Shown here one piece after another: positions 19,490 to 26,267 of a stretch of 40,056 bases of DNA. Numbering within the stretch: the stretch's first letter is position 1; each line of letters opens with the position of its first letter. The notes beneath the pieces are model-generated. The model saw only the letters and a list, made by a program, of their open reading frames with translations. It had not been told where the DNA came from and did not search any database. Where the stretch lies: the NCBI GenBank assembly GCA_965369865.1, contig CBDURU010000020.1, positions 1 through 40,056 on the forward strand, given 5' to 3'. A program made the translations under genes and the position numbers. Source of the DNA: an uncultured bacterium. GTDB lineage: Bacteria > JAJVIF01 > JAPKYR01.

Positions 19490-20350
19490 CTAATGCACTA
19501 CCGGATCCTCCCAGAACACTGTCACCACAAACTTGAGGGGTACCGGTTCTCCGGTTGCGATCACACTTGCGTTGGTAAAACTCACCTGGTTCTTAATTTT
19601 ATCAAGCGTCAATTCGTCCACGATTGGATGTCCGGACCCCTGGACAAGTACCGGATCGGACAGTAATTTTCCCCGTCCGTCAATGTGCACCTGTACGGTC
19701 AGGACAAGATTGTATTCACGAAGTTCCTCGGGCAAATCCTGCTTTGGAAAATTATTAGGCGTCATCACAGGCCAGTTCAGTTCTCCGGGAGCGTATTGTG
19801 CCTGCTGATCCTCGTATGTTGGAGCTTTTTCGCGGTCCGGATTGAATGGGTGCGGGCGGGGTGTGCCGTCGGGATTGAGCCTTGGCGCGAATGAAAGAGC
19901 GGGTCCGCGGTCAAGGAAAAATTCATCGATCCATATTTCTGCCGCCGGTTGATCCAATTCGTCGGGTGGAATCACCGGCTCCTCTACTGCTTGAACAGGT
20001 TCTTCAACTGTTTCAACAGGTTCTGGGGATTCCTCAACTGTTTCAACAGGTTCTTCTTCTGTGACAGGCTCTTCCACTGCGGGAGTTTCGATCGATTCAC
20101 CTTCATCTGTTGAGAGATCACCCTCAATAGAATCGTTGCCCACCAGGTGTGTCAACTGGCCGAACGTCTCGCCGGGTCCGGTATCGGCGATTGCTGTACC
20201 ATCGCCATTCAAGGGCGGCGTATCGTCATCCGGTTTCGCGGGCATCGGAATTGTCCCGAGCGCGTACCAGATGAACGCAAACACAACCAGGTTGATCCCG
20301 ACCGCCCATACGTAATTGGCGATTTTTTTATTGTCCGATTGCACCATCAC
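19490..20350 (-). CDS. TonB-like protein (N-terminal TM, Glu/Pro-rich linker, TonB C-terminal-like domain)
   Basis: Single TM, EEPV repeats, C-terminal VQVHIDGRGK...LVQGSGHPIVDE...VTVFW pattern. Confidence 0.65.
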   Translation of the reverse strand: MMVQSDNKKIANYVWAVGINLVVFAFIWYALGTIPMPAKPDDDTPPLNGDGTAIADTGPGETFGQLTHLVGNDSIEGDLSTDEGESIETPAVEEPVTEEEPVETVEESPEPVETVEEPVQAVEEPVIPPDELDQPAAEIWIDEFFLDRGPALSFAPRLNPDGTPRPHPFNPDREKAPTYEDQQAQYAPGELNWPVMTPNNFPKQDLPEELREYNLVLTVQVHIDGRGKLLSDPVLVQGSGHPIVDELTLDKIKNQVSFTNASVIATGEPVPLKFVVTVFWEDPVVH

Positions 20351-20379
20351 AATGTTCGATCCTCCAGTTTATTAAAAGT

Positions 20380-21009
20380 TCAATGCCCGGCTTCGTAATC
20401 CGCCTTCGCGCGTTTCATTAAATATAGTAATTCCTTGAACTGCGGGGTTTTGGCGCCGTATGTCAATTCGTACGCGGCCATTTCCCAGTCGCAGATAATC
20501 GCCCCGGCCTGGCGCATTTTAAAGATCGCGAGGTTGTGCGAGTTCTCCCAGCGGCAGCGCACCGCGTCCTCCACCACGTGAACTTCGTACCCATGATGCA
20601 GGAGATCCAGCACAGTCTGGCTAATGCAGATATGGCTTTCCATCCCGACAACCATGATTTGACGTCTCCCGATGGATTTGACGGCGTCGAGGAAATCCGT
20701 ATGCCCGCAGCAGGAGAAAATATCCTTATGGATGGGTTCATACCCCACCGTTCGCTTAATTTCCTCGATAAGGACTGGGTTGGTTGCCCCGAGGCTTTTC
20801 GGGTTATGCTCGGTGACGATCGTCGGCAGTTCATGGATTCGGGCGAGTTCGAGAACGTATTCGATATTCCTGAGCATTTTCTCTTTTTCCCGGACAAATG
20901 GAATTAGGACACTCTGGACATCGATTACAACCAGTGCGGTGGTTTCTCTGTCTAGTAGCCACGGATGTCTTGTCGCGGAGGTTTCGTCTGTTGAAACTGT
21001 ATCGTTCAT
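20380..21009 (-). CDS. Isochorismatase-family (YcaC-like) hydrolase
   Basis: ALVVIDVQ, VTEHNPKSLG, KDIFSC, GMESHICISQT. Confidence 0.9.
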   Translation of the reverse strand: MNDTVSTDETSATRHPWLLDRETTALVVIDVQSVLIPFVREKEKMLRNIEYVLELARIHELPTIVTEHNPKSLGATNPVLIEEIKRTVGYEPIHKDIFSCCGHTDFLDAVKSIGRRQIMVVGMESHICISQTVLDLLHHGYEVHVVEDAVRCRWENSHNLAIFKMRQAGAIICDWEMAAYELTYGAKTPQFKELLYLMKRAKADYEAGH

Positions 21010-21092
21010 TGATCATCCTTTCCTGGGTAAAAGAAAATCAGGTCCGGTAAGTATACAATATGAACGGGACAGTGTCAGGCTAAGTGGGAATT

Positions 21093-21610
21093 AGATACAT
21101 CATCATAGTCGGGATCTGGAACACCGGGTACAGGCACTCGATTTTGCCGGGATCATCAAGGTGAATTCAATGTTAACATCGCGGCAAAATCGTGAGCCAG
21201 TCCCCTGAACTGTACCAATCCCTTAATCCGAAAAAATTTAATCCTGAATATCGTGTAAATAATCTGGAATCACTCAGCTTGTCCTGATTGAAGTGTGAAA
21301 TATTTTTGAGATACATGAACATAGTCGGGATCTGGAACACCGGGTACAGGCACTCGATTTTGCCGGGATCATCAAGGTGAATTCAATGTTAACATCGCGG
21401 CAAAATCGTGAGCCAGTCCCCTGAACTGTAGCAATCCCTTTATCCGAAATAATTTAACCCGGTATATCGTGTAAATAATCTGGAATCACTCAGCTTGTCC
21501 TGATTGAAGTGTAAAATATTTTTGTACAGGGGACTGGCTCACAGTTTTGGCTCAGGTTGCGGTGAATTATGGACAGAATTTTCGGGAGCCAAAACTGAGT
21601 GCCTGTACCC
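21093..21610. repeat. Composite REPIN-like element: 216-bp direct duplication plus a terminal inverted palindrome
   Basis: GGGTACAGGCACTC...GAGCCAGTCCCC at 21126-21205 and 21342-21421, inverted copy at 21529-21610; same family as 12524-13122. Confidence 0.88.
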
Positions 21611-21790
21611 GATGTTGAATTTCGTCTTGAGAGGGAGAAGGAGAGATTTTATAACCTGAGCTTCCTGTCCTAAAAAAAGCTTGAACCCCTGATGGGGGGT
21701 TCGTGTGATCTCGATCGGTATCAAGACCTGCTTTTTAATTTGTTTGTTACAACTGTTAAATCGATACTTAAAAGTTAGAAGGAAAATAAT

Positions 21791-21973
21791 TTACGGCTGT
21801 TGCTCGTGTGTCGGGTTTAAATTTCGCTTTTCGTTAATTTTTAATCGGCTTGCAATAACTTCAGCTTCTTCATCATGCGTTGGTTCCTGAATCGTCAACC
21901 CCCACTCTGTAATGAACCGTTTAATGATAGCAGAGTCCTTCAGGACATTACCGTTACTTCCATTATCTGTCAT
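21791..21973 (-). CDS. Small (60 aa) hypothetical protein
   Basis: Strong SD TAAGGAGGT (complement of 21982-21990) 8 nt before the ATG, in otherwise empty intergenic DNA. Confidence 0.65.
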   Translation of the reverse strand: MTDNGSNGNVLKDSAIIKRFITEWGLTIQEPTHDEEAEVIASRLKINEKRNLNPTHEQQP

Positions 21974-22277
21974 ACGGATCGACCTCCTTAATTGTGATAG
22001 GGTTCATACGCACGGATACCCCTCAATAACAATATACCATCTGATGCGGTATAGCGGAAGAGCGTAATATTGAAAAAAAGCATTAATTTACGTAAATTTT
22101 GTTCCAATTTTCACAATCCGCGTATGATCGGGGGTACAGGCGACCGAAAATTTCGAGTGTGTTTTTAACAAATTTCCCAGAAAATTCACTCGTATTAACC
22201 TACCGTTATATATGATGCTGAATTGCCCTGAAAACGTAAAAAAATTCCTGCTGTGTAGGCAGGAATCATTTACATTT

Positions 22278-22364
22278 TGGTGCGGACGGGGGGACTTGAA
22301 CCCCCATGAGGTTGCCCTCACCAGGCCCTCAACCTGGCGCGTCTACCAGTTCCGCCACATCCGC
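22278..22364 (-). tRNA. tRNA-Leu(GAG)
   Basis: Reverse complement GCGGATGTGGCGGAACTGGTAGACGCG-CCAGG-TTGAGGG-CCTGG..., long variable arm, GTTCAAGTC, encoded CCA. Confidence 0.97.
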
Positions 22365-22390
22365 ATGTGACTGGATATTAGAGGCAACGT

Positions 22391-22419
22391 AATTTACCTC
22401 AAAATCGCCTTTTATGCAA
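22391..22419 (-). promoter_or_regulatory. Sigma70-type promoter for tRNA-Leu
   Basis: TTGCAT-N17-TAAATT on the minus strand. Confidence 0.55.
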
Positions 22420-22465
22420 GGGAGGGGGTATCCCTCATCACATTTGTGATATTTTCCAAACTTTG

Positions 22466-23857
22466 TTAACCTGCCTGCTCCAGGTAGAAAATCTCACTAT
22501 GGTATCCATCTGAGGAGGTATTGCCAATTGCAACAATATTTCCATCTGGAGTAGGATTCAATCGCCATTGTGAAAAATCATCATCACCAGTATAATTCAG
22601 ATCATCAAGGTCAATGGTCCATAGTATTGAACCATCTACGTTTATGAGGGATATACCCCATTGGTAACCAATTAATATTGAATTATCACGGTAAATTATC
22701 ACATCATTTTCCCCACGGACCATTGTATCAATTTCCCAAAGTACCGCTCCCGATGAGGTCATTGCTCGTACATTTCCCCTGTCATTTGGATGGTCAAATC
22801 CAGAGACAATAAACCATCCATTGGGCATAACTCCACATGGATAATTCGCAAAACTAAATTTTTCCCAGAAAACTGAACCACTCTCTGAATCGATGGAAGC
22901 TAGCCCATTCCATGTGCCACGTAGTAAGATTCCGTTTTCATTCAGGGTAACTGGCATTATGGATGAGTGTTGACTGTAATTATCATGCCATGCAACAGTG
23001 CCGTCAGGCATTATTCGAGATATGTAAGGCACTAAGCTCTCGAAATCTCTATAATTGTTTCCATAAAAAATCCATCCCCCATCAGGCAAAGGAATTGGAC
23101 CAGTCGCGACAAAGCCCGAAAATCCCGGGACCTCCATACTTTCCAAAAATTCACCATTGTCTAATGAATAAATATTTGCACTTGTGAGTGAAGTGACCAT
23201 CATGACCCTGTTCTCTGTAACTCGCCAACCAATACGTTCTGCTCGTAATGTGACTTCAACTGATTCAGTGCGCCACCTTGTGTGTCCATCAGTATCGATA
23301 CATTCAAGAAAGCTATTGATGGTGTATTCTTCTGAGATAATTTCCGTACCCTTATATTCTATCTTGTCCACTAACCTTTGTGCGTACCACACCATTGCTC
23401 CCTGGAGGGCTACAACCGGTCTGACAATTGAGATGGATGACAGTTCTGAGGATGACGTTGCTGAGGGGTCTATGTTTCCTTCATAATTTCCTTTTGGCAG
23501 TAATGTTTTCTCGAAATCTTTTGAACCATCAGGATTCAAGCGGATAACGATATTATTTGATGGCCAACCGGATGGGCCATCGTTGTACCATACACCACCC
23601 TCACCATCCACCATAGCATCTGTCGGGTCTATTGTAATTTCAGGTTTCACGGTCCACCTTAGAACTGGTTCAATTTCAGGCGAATCCAAATCGACCTGAC
23701 AGGTATGGTGCATATCGATTCCGACCTGATACCGTCCCGGTGGTATCGCCATCTCTTCAGGAGTTAATACCCTGTTCACTACCCGTTCAGGCAGCCTTTC
23801 GCTACAACCTGCCACCAGGAATACCAGCACCAATATCCAGACAAGCCTTGTTTTCAT
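22466..23857 (-). CDS. Lipoprotein with PQQ-like beta-propeller repeats
   Basis: MKTRLVW...LVAGC lipobox; repeated G...W motifs (DGHTRW, DGTVAW, SGSVFW, SGAVLW, DGSILW). Start taken at ATG 23857 (ORF track 23869). Confidence 0.75.
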   Translation of the reverse strand: MKTRLVWILVLVFLVAGCSERLPERVVNRVLTPEEMAIPPGRYQVGIDMHHTCQVDLDSPEIEPVLRWTVKPEITIDPTDAMVDGEGGVWYNDGPSGWPSNNIVIRLNPDGSKDFEKTLLPKGNYEGNIDPSATSSSELSSISIVRPVVALQGAMVWYAQRLVDKIEYKGTEIISEEYTINSFLECIDTDGHTRWRTESVEVTLRAERIGWRVTENRVMMVTSLTSANIYSLDNGEFLESMEVPGFSGFVATGPIPLPDGGWIFYGNNYRDFESLVPYISRIMPDGTVAWHDNYSQHSSIMPVTLNENGILLRGTWNGLASIDSESGSVFWEKFSFANYPCGVMPNGWFIVSGFDHPNDRGNVRAMTSSGAVLWEIDTMVRGENDVIIYRDNSILIGYQWGISLINVDGSILWTIDLDDLNYTGDDDFSQWRLNPTPDGNIVAIGNTSSDGYHSEIFYLEQAG

Positions 23858-23962
23858 CCCGCGCTCCAAAGTTGAAAAATCACTTCCATTATTGAGTTAT
23901 GTTTTGTATATGTCAAATACGCGATCGTTAATTTCACCCGCCCCTTATGCTACAATTCCACT

Positions 23963-25036
23963 ATGACCGATGACAAGATCACCTACAAGGATTCCGGGGT
24001 TGATATCGACGCCGGGAACGAGGCTGTCGAGCGTATCAAAACCATCCTCAAATCCAGTTCGAGAATGGTTCCGGGCGGCGAGGTCGTCGGTGGGATCGGC
24101 GGTTTCGCGGGTGCCTTCCGCCCGTTCCTGCAGGGATACAAGGACCCTCTGCTCGTCGCGGCGACCGACAGTGTCGGGACGAAAATCCTGATCGCGCTGG
24201 AACATAAAAAAATAGACGGGATCGGGCAGGACGTTGTCGCGATGTGTGTCAATGACCTCATCGTCGGTGGCGCGCGCCCGTTGTTTTTCCTCGATTACAT
24301 TGGTACGGGCAACGTCGATCCCGATGAGATTGAAATTCTTGTGGGATCGGTCAACCGCGCGTGCGAGGATTCCGACTGCCTGTTAATAGGTGGAGAGATC
24401 GCGGAGATTTCGACCATGTACGATCCCGGGCAGACCGATCTCGCGGGATTTTCGGTAGGTGTTGTCGACAGGGATAAAGTTATCGATGGTAAAACCGTGC
24501 AGCCGGGAGATATCGTTTTAGGGCTTGGGTCATCGGGAATTCACTCGAACGGGTTTTCGCTCGTCAGGAAATTGATGGATCTGGGTCAATGGAAAATGGA
24601 CGAAATACTTCCCGGATGCGATTCGCCATTTATCGATACCATACTTGAACCGACGAAGCTCTATGTCCGGCCTTTAATGGCACTGATCGATGAAATTGGC
24701 GATGGTGTAAAAGCGTGCGCGCATATCACGGGTGGCGGTCTTACCGAAAATATCCCGAGATCGATTCCTGAAAATCTTGGAGTGAAAATTAATACAGGAT
24801 CATGGGAGAAGCTCGCGATATTCGATCATCTCCAGAAAGCCGCGAATCTTCCCGACGATGAGATGTATCGCACGTTCAATTGCGGGATCGGATTTACAAT
24901 CATCGTGAGTCCGGAGAATGTGGAGAGGGCATCGGAAACCTTGCAGAATTCCGGCGAGACGGTTTACAGGATAGGGGAAGTGGTGAGTAAGGAACCGTCT
25001 GATCCGGGTGTGATTCTGCAGTACCGCGACTGTTAA
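23963..25036 (+). CDS. purM: Phosphoribosylformylglycinamidine cyclo-ligase
   Basis: YKDSGVDIDAG, IGGFAG, VGTK, VAMCVND, PLFFLDY, SSGIHSNGFSL, HITGGG, EMYRTFNCGIG. Confidence 0.96.
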   Translation: MTDDKITYKDSGVDIDAGNEAVERIKTILKSSSRMVPGGEVVGGIGGFAGAFRPFLQGYKDPLLVAATDSVGTKILIALEHKKIDGIGQDVVAMCVNDLIVGGARPLFFLDYIGTGNVDPDEIEILVGSVNRACEDSDCLLIGGEIAEISTMYDPGQTDLAGFSVGVVDRDKVIDGKTVQPGDIVLGLGSSGIHSNGFSLVRKLMDLGQWKMDEILPGCDSPFIDTILEPTKLYVRPLMALIDEIGDGVKACAHITGGGLTENIPRSIPENLGVKINTGSWEKLAIFDHLQKAANLPDDEMYRTFNCGIGFTIIVSPENVERASETLQNSGETVYRIGEVVSKEPSDPGVILQYRDC

Positions 25037-25312
25037 CGAGCGGTGTGGCAAATCGCTCCTTAACAGTCGCGGCTCTGATACGGCGGCTCTGATACGGCGG
25101 CTCTGATACGGTTATTTGGCAAATCACTCCCTTACGGTCGTGGCTCTGATACGGCGGCTCTGATACGGTTATTTGGCAAATCACTCCCTTACGGTCGTGG
25201 CTCTGATACGGCGGGTCTGATACGGCGGGTCTGATACGGATATCTGGCAAATCACTCCCTTACGGTCGTGGCTCTGATACGGCGGGTATGATACGGTGGC
25301 TCTGATACGGTT
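25024..25312. repeat. REP-like repeat array (TGGCAAATCRCTCCYTWACRGTCGYGGCTCTGATAC plus 12-bp GGCTCTGATACG satellites)
   Basis: Four main units with variable numbers of 12-13-bp sub-repeats. The first unit pairs with an inverted arm overlapping the purM stop. Same family as 9070-9258. Confidence 0.88.
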
Positions 25313-25318
25313 ATGTTT

Positions 25319-26167
25319 TTAACCTTGTAATTTTACCCGCCCACCGACATATTCCACGGCGTTAATGAATAGCGGCAGCCCATCCGCGAATGCTCCGGTT
25401 CCCTGTTCCCGTCGACGGGTTTGACGTGGGTGATTCTCGGGATACAAAAACCTTTCAGGATGAGGCATCAGACCGAGTATCCGGCCGGTCCGATCGGTGA
25501 TTCCCGCTATGTTCCCAACCGACCCGTTCGGATTCATCGGATATGGTATGTCCATGATCGTGCATGAATCGGGAGATGACGGATCGGTGTAGCGGAAAAC
25601 AACCTGGTTTCGCGCGAGCAGCTTTTCGTAAGCGTCCGTGCTCGCCGGGATAAAATTACCCTCCGCATGCGCTACCGGAAATTCAACCATGTCCGGGCAG
25701 TCCTTTGTCCAGACACAATTCGTCTCGATCACCTTCAACCCAACCCACCTGTCCTCGAATTTTCCGCTTGCGTTCCAGAACAGTGTAACATCGGGGTTGC
25801 CGTCGGGATTATCGACTATGGCGTCCGGGTCGGGGAGTATTCTTGCTTTTACGAGAGTCTGGAATCCGTTGCAGATCCCGATTATGAGTCCGCCGCGATT
25901 GTGAAATTCAAGAAGGTCGTCTTTCAGGTGCGCCATGAATTCGGTCGACAGCACCCGTCCCGCTGAAAGGTCGTCTCCGTATGAAAATCCGCCGGGGAAC
26001 CCGATGATGTCATAATCGAGGAGTGATTTTTTACCCGATGCGCCGCCCTGGGTGAATTCGTTGATGTGCACGATTTCCGCGTCGGCGCCCGCTAGCTCGA
26101 ACCCGTGCGCGAGTTCGACATCGCAATTTATCCCGGCTGTTTTAAGTATTAGCGTTTTTGGTTTCAT
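25319..26167 (-). CDS. purQ: FGAM synthase glutaminase subunit
   Basis: AGINCD, PGGFSYGD, GICNGFQ (catalytic Cys), PVAHAEG, NPNGS, GLMPHPER. Confidence 0.95.
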   Translation of the reverse strand: MKPKTLILKTAGINCDVELAHGFELAGADAEIVHINEFTQGGASGKKSLLDYDIIGFPGGFSYGDDLSAGRVLSTEFMAHLKDDLLEFHNRGGLIIGICNGFQTLVKARILPDPDAIVDNPDGNPDVTLFWNASGKFEDRWVGLKVIETNCVWTKDCPDMVEFPVAHAEGNFIPASTDAYEKLLARNQVVFRYTDPSSPDSCTIMDIPYPMNPNGSVGNIAGITDRTGRILGLMPHPERFLYPENHPRQTRRREQGTGAFADGLPLFINAVEYVGGRVKLQG

Positions 26168-26183
26168 ATGTTTGTCCCTCTAA

Positions 26184-26267
26184 CAAATGCTCAGGATGAG
26201 CATTTGACATTGGGTCATGTGCAGAATGCACATGTTACACAGGTCATGCTCAGGATGCACATTTTAC
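26184..26267. repeat. Three ~30-bp spaced palindromic units in the purL-purQ spacer
   Basis: CAAATGCTCA-GGA-TGAGCATTTG; CATGTGCA-GAA-TGCACATG; CATGCTCA-GGA-TGCACAT. Confidence 0.7.

Noticed and set aside
24900..25250. 116-aa minus-strand ORF with a repeated PPYQSHDRKGV peptide
   Set aside because: Read-through of the REP array, overlapping purM antisense.
25037..25312. Possible CRISPR array
   Set aside because: The sequence between repeats is itself made of repeated 12-13-mers rather than unique spacers, and there are no cas genes. The same applies to 9070-9258 and 32503-32961.
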